Shown piece after piece: positions 41,125 to 57,188 of a stretch of DNA of 64,000 nt (its first letter is position 1; the number at the start of each line of letters is the position of its first letter). The position numbers and the translations under genes were made by a program. The notes below the pieces were generated by a model. It saw only the letters and a list, made by a program, of their open reading frames with translations. It ran no database searches and was not told the DNA's origin. The DNA is from Eledone cirrhosa (taxonomy: Eukaryota): contig OZ024747.1 in the NCBI GenBank assembly GCA_964016885.1, positions 14,446,001 to 14,510,000 of the forward strand, in the 5' to 3' direction.

Positions 41125-41973
41125 CTAGCAGCTGTGCCCGGTTGCACCCGGGGCCACTTTTTATTAAGTTAATAATTTGAAAAATATTATTGAAAGTTTA
41201 TTATAAAGAAGCAGTTTCAGGGAAAAAAATGAAATATCCACTTGGGGCTGGACGGCGTACAATGAGAAGTGGAGCGACGTGAAAAGCATTGTTTATTAAC
41301 AGCGAAATAGCAATGTCGATGATATGCAATTTGAAAAATACTACTTACTGTTAGTGGTGGTTAACATGTATTAGAATTAAAATAAAAACACGCGTCCCTT
41401 CTTCGCAATTTAAGGATTTTATTTCTTTTGATGGAAAACAGTGACCGTACTGCAGAATCGATTCCATAAAACGGTACTGTGAAAATGAAACGTACTGTAT
41501 AAGGCAACAGTTTATTAATCTGCATTTTCAAACTTGCATATCATCGACATTGCTATTTCGCTGTTAATAAACAACGCTTTTCACGTCGCTCCAATTCTCA
41601 TTGTACGCCGTCCAGCCCCAAGTGCATATTTCTATTTTTTTCATGAAACTGCTTCTTTATAATAAACTTTCAATAATATTTTTCAAATTATTGGTACTGT
41701 ATGTTAACAGCGAAAGAACGTGAAATTGTAAATAACTCATCCAAGTATTAGAACAGGGGGAAATAACTCACCGAACGCAATAGTAAATAGACCGTTTGGG
41801 AGCCCTAGGGACCACATTTTTCAAGTTAGAGATTTTGAAACCTCGTCTATTTGCTTCCTTGGCACTTTTTACATAGGTGTGTAAATTTTCATGTTCGTCC
41901 GACCACGTCTACTACCATTTAACCGTGCACATCTGAATTTCAACCACCACCCATTTCACAAATATATATTAGA
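41125..41973 (-). mobile_element. Non-autonomous Helitron-like element 2 with long internal inverted repeat
   Basis: Minus strand A|TCTAATATATATTTG...CCCGG-gtgcaa-CCGGG-cacagctg-CTAG|T; AT target, no TSD; internal inverted repeat 41171-41337/41525-41692. Confidence 0.82.
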
Positions 41974-42229
41974 TATGTAGTAATAATCAATTGTAACATT
42001 GATACACTTACAATAATGCTTTTCGAATTTACAAATACACACTGTGAAATTTCACATATGAAAATGCATACCAGGGGCGGTGGAACTGGGTAGCCAGGAA
42101 GGCTATAATTCACCCCAACTCCAATAATTATATTTTCTCCCCCAAACCACCAAAACACACGTCTATTTGTATATGCGCTAAAATGTATGTACATGTTATG
42201 TAGAGATAGAAGAGAGAGATACATATCAA

Positions 42230-42680
42230 TATAGAGAGGGTGAGAGTTTGGTGGTAATTGATATAGAGCGGAAGGTTGCGAGAGTGTGTTGTATATTATA
42301 TATAGAGAGAGTGGGAGATTGATGTTTATTGATGTAGAAAGGGGAATTGGAACAGAGTTTCGAGTAGTAGATAGAGAGAGAGGGAGAATTCGGTGTTAAT
42401 TGAGATAGAGAGGGGGATTGTGAGAGAGGGTTTTATGGTTGATTTAGAGAGGGTGGAGATTGTTGGTAATGAATAGAGTGAGAGGATTGACAGAGATAGG
42501 TATTGAAAGATACAGAGAGGGGAGAGTTTGGTAGTAATGAATAGAGTGCGGGGGAATAAGAGAGAGAGTGACGTATGGTATATATATATATAGAGGTATA
42601 TATAGTTTTGTGGTAAATCATATAGAGAGGGGGGAGAGATTGATATTTATTTATATAGAGGATTGGAAGAGAGTTCTGTG
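42230..42680. repeat. Degenerate GA-rich minisatellite
   Basis: Recurring atagagaggg.gagag.ttggtg.taattga-like unit. Confidence 0.6.
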
Positions 42681-42682
42681 TA

Positions 42683-42765
<83 letters not shown>

Positions 42766-44356
42766 GTGTATTCTGTTTGTGCATCTTGAACATGTATATA
42801 TAACAACAATACTAACCATCTATTTGGCCTAAAAGCAACAAAGAAAATAGCTAAATAATTGTCTGGAAAAAGGCATAAGCGAAACACAAAAACCCTTTCT
42901 TCAAAGATACAAATGTCTTAATAACAAAGAGATAACAAATTCAATATCATATTCAGAAAATTTTATTATAATCATTCGGAATAATGCATTTACATCCAGC
43001 ATAGTCTATAGAAACCAACCGACATACGATTGACCTTTCAATTTTTGTATAGATCAAGATCTATAGAATCTATAAGAAAAATTCAATTCTGCTTATATAT
43101 GAGATATTTAATCGAGCTCGCCTTAAACACAAAAAGAATGCGTAATAAGTTATAGAAACGATGGATATTAAAGAGAAACTACCTTTCTTTGAGCATATAT
43201 TTGATTTTGATGTCAAGAAAAGGAAAATTGTTTTCTCTAAAGATATTTAGTGATTTATGGGAATCCACGAAAGCTAGTTTTCATTTATTTCCGTTTGTAA
43301 ATAGAAATTCGAATTCGCATGTGTAAGTTTTAATCCCACAAACATACTTATAGATACATATTTGAAGAAGCACAAACACACATACATACACATTAGTGCG
43401 TGAATTCAGAAATTTAATCCTAAAACATGCTTGAGAAGATAAAGAAAATAATATAGAAAATTGAAATATTAGAAAAAAAGAATCAGTAACATAAAAAGCT
43501 ACATTATGTGGGAAAAAAAAAATGATTTAAACATTTCTAAAAATTGTATTGAAGATGAAATAAAAAAAATATTAAGAAAATCAGAGAAAAACAACGGCAA
43601 AAATCACGCACACAAACATTGAAATAATCAGATTTTATAATGTTTACAAGGCATTTTATTGAAATGCTTCCTCTTCCGGCATATTTTTCATTTAATCTGG
43701 CAAATTTCTCTTTAAAAATGAGCAACTGGTGTTTATCGTAGCAGCACAAATATTATGAATCGCCAAGAATCACGCAGATGCCGTGGAAACTATTTAAGAA
43801 AACAAATAGAAAAAGACACAAAAAAACACAAAACAAAACAAACAAACAAAAATACTTACGCAAAAAAAAAACTAGTACAAAAAACCCAACCTAATCTCAT
43901 TTCTATTGTACTCAGATTACAAACAAACGAAATTTTGTTATAACTTTATATTTCCTCTAGCGTTTTCAATATTTCCTCTGTATTATTTACAACATAACAT
44001 ATTCCATTGATTACTTTGTTTATTCATAGTAGATGTAAATCGTATCATATTTTTTTATATTCCAAAAAATCCTTATTCACTACCCACCTGATTTGCAAAG
44101 TTATTATGCTTATTTGTTTTTAACATACACATATATACAAATCTATATTACTTTAAAAATTTATCAGTGACGTTGCTATTGTTATTGCTGTCATGGCCGC
44201 CATGTTAATAATTACCACTCTCGTTCGTACTTCAGTCATATTTGTCAAGATATTTCTAATATTATTTCATTTGATATCGATATTCCTACGTTTTCAAAGT
44301 CTAATAACTGACTGACTGTTTTCAATTTTAATCCTATAATATTTGATAGCTTAAGC

Positions 44357-44478
<122 letters not shown>

Positions 44479-44530
44479 TTGCGTGTGTGTCTGTGTGTGT
44501 GTATGTGTATTTGTGTATGCAACCCCCCCC

Positions 44531-44589
<59 letters not shown>

Positions 44590-45116
44590 ACACATATACA
44601 TATATACAGATATATTGGAAAATGTTCATGACCCCGACGGCAGAGCTCAACTCGTTTCTACGGCTATTTCTGGACTCAAGTACAACAACGAAGTAACAAC
44701 AGGAGCTCGTCTTTCGTTAGGTGGACCAACATTTCAACTCTATGACTTGGATATTTCTACCAAGTTATTACTACAACATTTGTCTTTTGTAACGTGTACT
44801 ACAGATTCTGCATGTATCACCTATGTGGAAGAATGGCAATGCTCTTTAACCAGCTGACGACTCTTTTATCCATGTTCACCTATAAACGATCACCTGATCA
44901 CAGATAATAAAGCACAGGTTGAAAAGTTGGTCCACGCAACGAAATGAGTGCTTTTGTAATGGATTCGTTGTAGTAGTGGTCTGATATATATATCCCAACT
45001 CTCACCGAGCGTGAAGCTAATAACACTATGTACCATTGACTCCTGCGTTTGTTTGTTTGTCATTTTGAACTATATATATATATATATAAAGTGTGTGTGT
45101 GAGAGAGAGAGAGAAA

Positions 45117-45201
<85 letters not shown>

Positions 45202-45372
45202 TGTGTGTGTGTATGTGTGTGAGTGTGTGTGCGTGAGAGAGAGAGAGGAGGAGAGATTAAGTTTGAGTTAACAGAAACTTGGGTGCGAGAATAATACAGC
45301 ATGTGACAACATTCAGTCGCCAAATGTGTGTTTAAAATGAGCTGCTGCGTGAGAACTTTCAGAAAAGATGAA

Positions 45373-45564
45373 TAACTGTTTCTACGTTAGGCACAAGGCC
45401 AGCAAATTACCCAGTGCATTACTGGTACTTTATTTTATCGACCCCGTAAGGATGAAAGGCAAAGTAAACCTCGGCGGGATTTGAACTCAGAATGGCAAGG
45501 GCCGTAACTCTATGCGTCAAAGCATGGCGTCCGACTCTCTACCGATACTGCCAATCCACCGCCC
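45373..45564 (-). mobile_element. Full-length tRNA-derived SINE family 1
   Basis: Reverse complement: gggcggtggattggcagtatcggtagagagtcggac...gagttcaaatcccgccgaggtttactttgcctttcatccttacggggtcgataaaataaagtaccag...ggccttgtgcctaacgtagaaac. The central domain resembles the Meta-type SINE core (from memory, unverified). Confidence 0.9.
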
Positions 45565-45734
45565 TTCAGAAAAGATGAATAACGTCATCATATTTATAAT
45601 GTTCTATTTGGTACTGCAGTGTGTTTTAGTTGTGGTGAAGCCCCTGCGCTTTTCATTATATATATATATTTATGTAGGAAAAGAGTCAGGACCCCGAGGC
45701 TGAGCTCCGACCGTTTCGACAGCTAGATCTGAAA

Positions 45735-45804
<70 letters not shown>

Positions 45805-46983
45805 CAGTGATATTCCAACAATAACGAGCTTTCTTTCCACTGTATCTATGGCTTCATATTATATAGCAGTAGTGTGTAATCTGAAATATATTTATCTGTT
45901 GTAGCTGGAAGCCCAATGTTATATATATAGAAGCTACTTCTGCGCTATGTGAGACGGTATGAGCTATTTTTATTCGACGGAAGGATATATTTGTTTTGTG
46001 TAAAGACTCAAGTGAAACTTCACATTACCAAGGCGACTGGATAATTGATATCCTGGTGAGTTTGTGACTGGTATACTATTAGCGATACAGCGTTTTTTTC
46101 TGTGATGAACCCAGGAACATTTTCAATAGATAATCATATACACTTCCTTCTAAATATAGATAGTTGGTCAGGTAAAGATCAAAGCAATACGCAGTGTCGG
46201 TAATGTAAAATTGAGGAATGCTTAGAAAGCTTACAGAGCACAGAGACTACAAATTTGGTCAAACAGCTAATGTTGTGTCCAAGAACACTCATGTCTCCCA
46301 TCCATTTACAGCATTGAAACAGGGTACGGTTACCTTGAAATTACATTATTCACTGAAGTTGTTTTGAGTCTACTAAATCTAAATTCCATTTCCATATTCA
46401 AGATATATATTAGACGATTCTAAGATCATTTTGCAAGATTTAGTCTCTTAGATTAGTATCTTCTGCTCTAAAATAAGACAACCGTTGCCTTTTTAACGGA
46501 GTTTGGTAGGTAGATATTGTGGAGAAACTCGCAGTATCTAATTATAAATACCCACAAACATTAATGACAAAATCAGTCAACACTTATAGTAGAGTCAAAA
46601 TTATTATATTAAATTGATTGGTACTTCAAGTATTCACCTATTGTGTACATCAACTCAATATACGCACACAATATACGCACACAAACACACATGATGGTAA
46701 AAGAAACAGAAACTTTACCGTCATGGTGCTCTCCCTTTGTTGCTAAGTATAGCAGTGGCATGATGACAGCCTTTTGAAATTCATAGCGAGGCAACAAAGA
46801 TGTTCATTATACATGAACATTTCGTATATGATTCATTATACAATCCCGGTCACATATATATATAAACATAGATGCAGGGTTCAGCAAAAATACTTCCCTT
46901 ATTTAAACAATTGATCGAATAAAATATGGGAGAATTTTCTGCCGCAGCCTGTAGAGGTTTGTGCTTGTCCGTATGTATGTATG

Positions 46984-47044
<61 letters not shown>

Positions 47045-47051
47045 AATTGTC

Positions 47052-47249
47052 AATCGACTTTCGTCAAATCGGACAGAGGAAATAATGTTTCCGTTGGTCT
47101 TTCCAATTTCTAATATAATCTACCGGTTGCAACTCCAGGTAGAAGGAGCAACGTGAAATAAAGTGTCTTGCTCAAGGACATAACGGATCGCCCGGTCCAG
47201 GAGTCGAACTGACAACCTCCCGATTGCGAATCCAGTTCTCTAACCAATC
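47052..47249 (-). mobile_element. tRNA-derived CORE-like SINE (family 2)
   Basis: Reverse-complement homologue of 26748-26958; flanked by (TA)n. Confidence 0.87.
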
Positions 47250-47688
47250 ATATATATATATCCCTCTGCCAGTCACACTCTCTCTCAGCTGGCCTCTTCC
47301 TCACATTTCCACTCACTCACTCTCTGCTTCTCCCCTTCTCTCACTGCCTCCCATTTGACCTGTGTGAAATATTTTTCTCGCTCATATCTCACCCAGGTCG
47401 GATGGTCTGTATCTCTCGTCCATGATTTCACCAAGCTTAAGTTTACAGATATCATGTACTTTTCTCTTCCTATCTTTCCGTTGCAATACCATCTTTGTTT
47501 GTTTACATGTCTCGCTCGCTTCACCCTATTTTACTTGTCCCAATAACTTTATTTAGTTATTGCTCGCACCAACTAGAGGTATATGATTTTTAAAGCGATG
47601 AAATACCAATGAAGGTTGGAAGATCACTGATGAAGGACTAATTTCATTCATATGTAACTCATGTGCAACCACGAAGCACTCCATTTTT

Positions 47689-47731
<43 letters not shown>

Positions 47732-47770
47732 CCCATTATTGTACAGCTAACCGTGTTACTCTTCATTCTT

Positions 47771-47838
<68 letters not shown>

Positions 47839-48694
47839 ACATATATATATATATACTCCCACATATATATATGTGTATGTATGCGTTTATGTATGTAAAT
47901 ATTTGTATGTGTGTGGTTGTCTGTTTCTGTCAACTCTTACACCCTACCTCCAGGTTCATGTTTTATATCAGAATTAAAACTTAGCGATACAAAAATAGAG
48001 ATCAATAAAAAAAAAAAATGACAATTAGCTGACGCAAGGACTAGAGTTCGATATGCTCGACTAAAACCCTTGAATTCAGTGCCTTAACAATCACTAACAT
48101 GGTAACAATCACTAATATGGTAATGCGGTATAAAATATAATAATTAATGCATATTTTTTTCCGTAAACATCAATTTATGAGCGATAATTAACAACACAGC
48201 CTCAGACGTGAACCAAATAACGCTGTCTGTGTGACGTGAGAAAGGCTGAACAAATTATATTACAAGGATGATGCTGGATATATTATTGTTTTCTGAAATC
48301 TAGCAGTATTTGTTTGCTGTAATTTCTTCCATAAACACAAGGACAACTATTTGGTGGGAGAGAGGCTTCGGTGATCAAATAAATCAACACTAGGACTTGT
48401 CTATAATACAGTTTACCGACCCCGGAACGATGAAATATGGAATGGGTAGGATGAGGACCTAGCACATAAAGAGCTGTAAGAAATACTGGAAGTTATTATG
48501 TCAAACGTTGACATAATTTACTTAGTTTATTCCATTTCGAAATAGCTAAGACTGGATACTGGAACTGTATTTTCCCGAGAGATACATAGCTAGGTAGATA
48601 ACTAGATACTTAGATATTTAGACAGATACTTAGACTCTTTTAATATACAGATCATGCATGTTTCTATACACACACACGCACACACGCACACACG

Positions 48695-48738
<44 letters not shown>

Positions 48739-50154
48739 GCATGTGTGAGTGAATGTAAATGAATATGTGTATTTGTGAGTGAGATTCTCTCTACTTAGAT
48801 TAGGCTTTGAGCTAAACGTAGTACCATGGAGTGAGGTGCAGCTAACTGCTGCAGGCGGCAGAGACACTGAATAAATAATAAAGAGAGTAGGTGGAGTATT
48901 TGTGCTGAGTTCAAAAGCTTCAGTGATCAACAACAACAACAGGCAATAATAATGATAAAAGTAATAATAATAATAACGACGATGACAACAATAACAACAA
49001 CAACATAAGTTTCTCGTTGAGATAATAGATGGGACAATTCTTAAGTTATTATCATGCTAGATAATTTGAAATCTTATAAATAGACCCGCACAACACACGT
49101 AAATGCAAAATATAGGGCATTTAAGTCACGAATTATAGACAAAGGCTGAATTTCCCCGTATTTCTGAACAATAGAACATTACAGTCCCGCTTCATTCATA
49201 ACGACTTCACATGGTGTTGATAGTATTCCTTTAAATGGGAGTGTTGATAGAAATGCTTGAAACAAAGCCACGACATGAACAATTCTATTATATAGCAGAC
49301 CCAGAGCAAAACCGGAACTACTCCCTGCAAGCTAAGGAAATACTAATTAATTATAGAGTGCGTCCGCTTATTTCGAACGTCGAGCTGTACTCACACATGC
49401 ACATGGTACCTATTTACATGTAGGTGCTCTTGGCTACGTTGCGTTTATCTCACCTTTTGCTGCTTTTTTTTCCTTCGTTATTTTATTGTTTGCTTTTAAA
49501 TGTCTTGGCCAGGGACTCCACAGAACACTGTTGACCAAACATCCACCGATCAAGCCTCTTCTTTGTGGAAAAGTCCGGCAACTAACCGTCGAATATTGAA
49601 CTGCCAGCTGCCGATTTTCAGTAGTCGAGATATAAATCAGATTTTGCATAATTGCCTGTGATGTAAACGAAACATATTCTAGACATATAAGATATGCTTG
49701 AAAAAAGAAAAAAGAAAGAAAGAAGAAAAAAGAAAGAACAAACACAACATCTTTGTTTTAAAAAGAAAATAATAAAAAAAATGTCAACAATAACAATAAC
49801 AATAACAACAACAAATACATTGTAAACTGATGTTACGAGAGTTCAGAAGAATAAAATGTGTTACGGGTTAAGTGATCTAAAGTGGCATTATCAACTGAAA
49901 TAGAGAGAAATACCTCAGTTTATGGACTGAAAAAAATTTCTATGAAGTATCATATAAACCATAGAGTATAGGCAATCTTAGCCTAACACATTCTGAATAT
50001 TGTATGCCAGAACAAAATGATCAAAAGCCTTATTTATTCATAGTTTTCCTGTTTATCAAAAATAATCGTAAGCATGCTATTATAAGTAAATAAGTTATTT
50101 CAAATAATATTCATAATGTATTTTATTTCTTTATTTCTCTACCCAACTCTTTAT

Positions 50155-50326
<172 letters not shown>

Positions 50327-50327
50327 T

Positions 50328-50358
<31 letters not shown>

Positions 50359-50462
50359 GCATATGTATGTATATATGTATGTATGTATGTATGTATATAT
50401 ATATATATAAACATATATATACAGACAAACACGCACACACCTACACACCTACACACACACAC

Positions 50463-50510
<48 letters not shown>

Positions 50511-50884
50511 TTTTTTTATTCATCCAATAAAACTATAAAGGAGGGGCCGAAAAACTTTCTGATAATAAAGAGTATAGAATAACATTAAATGTAAATAACA
50601 ACAAGAACAACTACGTTACAGGCTGAGCGGCAACAGCAACAAGAAAAGGGAAACAACACATACACAAAAGACAACAAAAGCGACGTAAAACAAGATGGCG
50701 ACGACGGCGACAACGATGGTAACGATGACGATGATGGTGATGCTAATAACGATGATGATGATGATGATGATGATGCTAATAACGATAATGATGACGATGG
50801 TGATAACGATGATGATGATGACGGCAGCAATGACAACGACAACCACGGCAGTTAGAATAACAAACAACAAAAATGGCGGTGTAT

Positions 50885-50955
<71 letters not shown>

Positions 50956-51981
50956 TGAAAGGAGGTAGTAAAACGGCGGAGAGAAAGAGAGGCTAAGATA
51001 AGATACAGAGAGAAAGAGAGAGAAAGAGAGAGAAAGAGAGAGAAATAGTGAGGGGGAGAGAGGGATAGTGAGAGGGACGGAGAGAGGGAGAGCCTCACCA
51101 CTCCTTCATTTAGTACAGAGTTTTCCTTTTCATAGTAAACCTTATTAGCTGAGGCCAGTGGACGATGCAAGTAATTTTTCTGCAAGCCGTACAAAAGAAA
51201 ACATTTGGCTTTTATCAGTTATCTGCTACAATATTCAGATCTGATGGCAACGAGGTAAGAGAAGGGTCGGATTATTCCAGTATAATGTTCCATGCTTTGA
51301 AAACATTACACAACGTGTGGCTGAATAGAAGGTGTGTATTTTATTATCAACACATTGAGAGCGTTCTCAATGGGGCAGTCATTATTTTTAATCATATTCT
51401 CTGGCATAACAAAGCAGGCACAGAATTTGTGAACAATCCCGGCAGGACTCTATTCATCGAACAGAAAAGTATATAATAATTACTCTCAACACATTATGGT
51501 AACGTTTGTTTTCAGCAGAATAAATCTAAAGAGAACCACTCGGCCGTAATAGCATCCATACCAAGAGACAATCGGCGTTCTATTTCCCCCATTGTATACG
51601 CCACAAAGACAGGCATAAAATATTAATAAAGAGCCATTGTCGGTAGCTGTTCAGTCCTAACGAAACATAAAAAGCTGCCAGAACCAAATGAAAAGACACT
51701 TTGTATGGGAATTGTTGCGAGGAAATAGTGTGTGCTGTGTGCTGTTTGTACAGCATTGTTGATGATATAAAAACGTTGGAATATTGATCGCAGCATGTGT
51801 GCTAGGCCACGTAGTAAAACACACACATATGCACGCATACACATCGACAAACACACATACATACACATTGATACAAACTCACGTATACGCGGACACATAT
51901 ATAAATAGGATAATATATATATATGTATTTACAAATGTTTATATATATATAAATACACACACACACAAATATATATGTATG

Positions 51982-52035
<54 letters not shown>

Positions 52036-52131
52036 CATTCATACATTTATACATATACATACGTACACACACATATACACATATATATATATATATATAT
52101 ATGTATATATTTATATATATATATATATATA

Positions 52132-52291
<160 letters not shown>

Positions 52292-52737
52292 CGTATATAT
52301 ATGTGTGTGTGTGTCTGTGTATGTACGGCAGTGAGTAGAAATAGAGATAGAAGGAGAAAATAGAATTAAAAATCCTAACAAAGGAAGGGGTGTTTAGAGA
52401 TAGATAGATAGATAGATAGATGGGAGGTTAAGGGGGAGGAAGAAAGAATGGGAGGGAGGAGGCGGAAAGCAACCAACATTATGTTCGAACTATTATGTTG
52501 ATAAATCGAATAGTAGAGAGACATAGAGAGACATACATAGAAAGCCAAAGAGATCAAGAAGGGATATAGGTTACAGGAAGATATATAGAAAAAATAAGAG
52601 AATATATAGGCTTGAATGAATGTGAAAGAGAAACAGAGAGAATGAAGTGTTTAGATATTAGAGAGGGGGGGGGGGTAGAGGAGACTTGTTAATAGAAAGA
52701 TTTGTAAAGGGATATATATATGTATGTATGATTGTTT

Positions 52738-52801
<64 letters not shown>

Positions 52802-52882
52802 TATATATATTTGTATGTATAATATATATATATATTTATATACATATAAGTATATATATTTATATATATATATATATATAAA

Positions 52883-52943
<61 letters not shown>

Positions 52944-53371
52944 GTATATATACTTATATTTATATCTATATCTATATATATAGATATATAGATATATATG
53001 TATATATACAGAGAGAGAAAGCTATAGAGAGAGAGAAAGAGGGGGTAAATAGAGAGGGGGGAGAGAGAGAGGAAGCGAGAGAGATGATAAAATATGTGAG
53101 AAGTGAAAGAGTAAGAGGTGGTTATTTTTAAAGGGGGGGGGGGAGACAGAGATCATGACAGAAAATAGAGAAAAATAAGAGAGGGGGAGAAAATGATTGA
53201 GCGGGGGAAAAGGGGACAGACTGAAACCGACTGTAGCGGGGAAGCAGGGGTCAAAGGGTGATTAAAAAGCGATAAGATACACACACAGAAACACACATAC
53301 ACACACACATACACACACACACATACAGACATACACACAAACAAACAAGATACACACACAGAAACACACAG

Positions 53372-53410
<39 letters not shown>

Positions 53411-53465
53411 TACAAACTTCCTAAGAAATGAATAAATAAAGAGGGGGAAGCAGGCGGAGATGGGG

Positions 53466-53504
<39 letters not shown>

Positions 53505-53603
53505 TGAGAGAGAGAGAAGCTGACAAAAAACTTACACACAACCCCGACAAATGAAAGTAAGGTATATATATATACTTACACACATATATATATATATATA
53601 TAT

Positions 53604-53793
53604 AACAAAGCAAATGTGGAAAGCAAACAGATGGACCATAACGCACCAGAGTACTCAATACTTGGGGTAGTAGAGTGGGAAATAGGAAAATGTATGACCC
53701 CCGACGACAGAGCTCAAGCCGTTTCGACGGCTATTTCTGGACTCCAGAAATAGCCGTCGAAATGGCTTGAGCTCTGTCGTCGGGGTCATACTT

Positions 53794-53797
<4 letters not shown>
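53604..53797. mobile_element. Family A inverted insert in (TA)n
   Basis: Long minus arm plus short plus arm, centre ctggactccag. Confidence 0.88.
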
Positions 53798-53831
<34 letters not shown>

Positions 53832-53836
53832 TACAC

Positions 53837-53892
<56 letters not shown>

Positions 53893-53937
53893 TATATGTT
53901 TATATATACATACACGCACACACAGAGACACGCACCA

Positions 53938-54002
<65 letters not shown>

Positions 54003-54280
54003 CTGAAAACATAGAAAGGAGAAGGCTAAAGGAAAGGACAACTCGGGGAGGAGAAAATAAACTTATAAAATCAAAAGAGGCTGGCAATTTTCTAGAGAAC
54101 AAACAATGAAGGTGAGGGAGGTCTAGAAAACAATAATAATAATAACATTAATGATAACAATGTTAATAACAACAACAACAACAACTACAACAACAATAAT
54201 AATAATAATAATAATAATAACAACAACAATAATAATAACATTAATGATAAAACAATGGTAATAATAATAACAACAACAAC

Positions 54281-54321
<41 letters not shown>

Positions 54322-54606
54322 TAACAATAACAATGATAAAATAATGATGATGATGATGATGACGATGGTGATGATGATGATGATAATAATGATGATAATG
54401 ATGAGGATGATGATGATGATGATGATGATAATAATGATGATAATTATGAGGATGATGATGATGATGATGATGATGATAACTAGTAACAGTAGTAGAACGG
54501 AAGGAATATATAATTTTAAAAAAGTAACAAAGAAAAAAGGGACAAAAAATAAAACAGACAAACAAAAAAAAAGACACAGGAAAAAAAAATGGATGAAAAA
54601 ATTAAT

Positions 54607-54835
54607 AAATAAAGGAATAAAAGAAGGAAGGAATAAAGGAATAAAAGAAGGAAGGAATAAAGGAATAAAAGAAGGAAGGAATAAAGGAATAAAAGAACGA
54701 CGGAATAAAGGAATAAAAGAACGACGAAATAAAGGAATAAAAGAAGGAAGGAATAAAGGAATAAAAGAAGGAAGGAATAAAGGAATAAAAGAAGGAAGGA
54801 ATAAAGGAATAAAGGAAGGAGGAATAAAGGAATAA
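54607..54835. repeat. 24-bp minisatellite AATAAAGGAATAAAAGAAGGAAGG, ~9 copies
   Basis: Direct reading; gives the NKGIKEGR repeat in the ORF track. Confidence 0.93.
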
Positions 54836-54967
54836 GAGAAGGAGGAATAAAGGAATAAGAGAAGGAAGGAATAAAGGAATAAGAGAGAGAGAATGAAATA
54901 GAATAATTTAAAAAGAATTGATACGTTGCGAAGAAAGAACGAGATGGACGAAGAAAAAAAAAGGGAA

Positions 54968-55535
54968 TGATGATGGTGGTGATGGTGATGATGGTGGTGG
55001 TGGTGATGATGGTGGTGGTGGTGATGATGGTGGTGATGGTGGTGATGGTGATGGTGGTGGTGGTGATGATGGTGGTGGTGATGATGGTGGTGGTGGTGAT
55101 GATGGTGATGATGCTGGTGATGGTGGTGATGGTGATGATGGTGGTTGTGATGATGGTGATGATGATGATGATGGCGGTGGTGGTGGTGATGGTGATGATG
55201 GTGGTTGTGATGATGGTGATGATGATGGTGGTGGTGATGATGGTGGTGATGGTGGTGATGGTGTTGGTGGTGGTGATGGTCGTGGTGGTGATGATGGTGG
55301 TGGTGATGATGGTGGTGATGATGATAATGGTGCTGATAATGATGATGATGATAATAATGGTGGTGATGATGGTGCTGATGATGATGGTGCTGATGATGAT
55401 GGGTTGATGATGATGGTGGTGGTGGTGATGATGATGGTGATGATAATGGCGGTGGTGGTGGTGATGATGATGGTGGTGATGATGATGGTGGTGGTGGTGA
55501 TGATGTTGACGATGAGGATGATGACAACGACAATA

Positions 55536-55578
<43 letters not shown>

Positions 55579-55603
55579 CGATGATGACGATGATGATGAT
55601 AAT
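54968..55603. repeat. (GAT)n/(GGT)n compound microsatellite
   Basis: Source of the poly-H, poly-DG and poly-MV ORFs. Confidence 0.95.
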
Positions 55604-55893
55604 GAAGTGTAGTACAAAATCAACCAGAAATGTAATGACAAAGAAAAGGAAAAGATGAAACTTATAATGACTCTCGGGACAAAATATACGACGGCTGCAG
55701 CCTGATGATGTAGGCTCTGGTGACATTTGAACGGAGAACGCACATACACACACTCACACATGTATATGACATCATTTACTATGTTATTAGACTTCGAATT
55801 GAAGTCAATATTTTGGTAACACCCTGTATGGTCTCTTTTACTCTTTTGCCTGTTCCTGCCAGTCGGATTAGGCCATGCTGGGGCACCGTCCTT

Positions 55894-55979
<86 letters not shown>

Positions 55980-56749
55980 AACTTAAGAAAATTAACAAAG
56001 AGAGGACAAGACAATGAAAGTAAACAAAACAAAACGAAAAAAAGGGAGACCCTAAACTACATATATATACATACATTTACACACAGACACACACACACAC
56101 GCATATACATGTGTATATATATATATGTATATATATATATATGCATGCATTCATACAGATGTATATGTGTGCGCGCATGTTATGGTTTAAAATGTATATA
56201 AGGGTAGTTGATTGTAAAAAAAAAAGTGACAGATGTGAAGGAGAGGAATCAATCTCCTATATTGACACATGTTCTGAGCTTCGATTATTGCAATTTCAGT
56301 CAAGCTTTTCCTTGGCCTTAAATGCAATGAAATAAATAATGTCTAATGGTTGGAGGGTCGTTGATCCATGTAAATATTCAAGAAGGCCACTAAAACTCAG
56401 CTGGTTGTGACTTCCTCTATGAAATTGATTCTCCACGCCTTCTCCAATTCACAATACATGATTGCTAATAAATCATTAATTTATTAATTTTACAAAGATA
56501 AAAAAAAACAAAAAAAAACGTAATATCGAATATAATGTCCTTGATTACATTTCTTCGGAAAATGTATTATACATATAAATACATTACACACACATACATG
56601 CATACACACACACATATATATATATAAATGTTTATATACATATATATCCGAAGCCCGACGGCTGAGCTCTTGTCGTTTCGACAGCAAATCCCATGTATCG
56701 AGTACTCAGCCGAATAATGGTCTTCCTAGTTTAAAATTGGTATACTCGT

Positions 56750-56876
<127 letters not shown>

Positions 56877-57148
56877 CATATATATATCTATATCTACACA
56901 CACACACACACATATATATATATTTATAGGAACGAGTAGGACCCCGACGGCTGAGCTCAAGCCGTTTCGACGCTATATATATTTATATATATATGTGTGT
57001 GTATGTGTGTAAAAGGTAAACAGAAATAACAACAGAATCGATACAGTATATGAAAGGAATATATTAGGTTAACGCTTGAAATAGCAGGAAGATGGTTTCT
57101 GAAACCCCCTTTTTACCTTCCTTTACTCACAAACACACACACACACAC

Positions 57149-57188
<40 letters not shown>

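Noticed and set aside
51130-51800. Higher-complexity unique sequence with a 103-aa ORF and a GAG|GTAAG donor-like site (similar islands at 49190-49680 and 43600-43800)
   Set aside because: No recognisable protein similarity. It could be a small exon or conserved non-coding DNA, but that needs RNA-seq or cross-species alignment.
54241-55761. 506-aa His/Ile-rich ORF and the opposite-strand DG-rich ORF
   Set aside because: Open in several frames because of triplet repeats and a 24-bp minisatellite; no domain or splice evidence.
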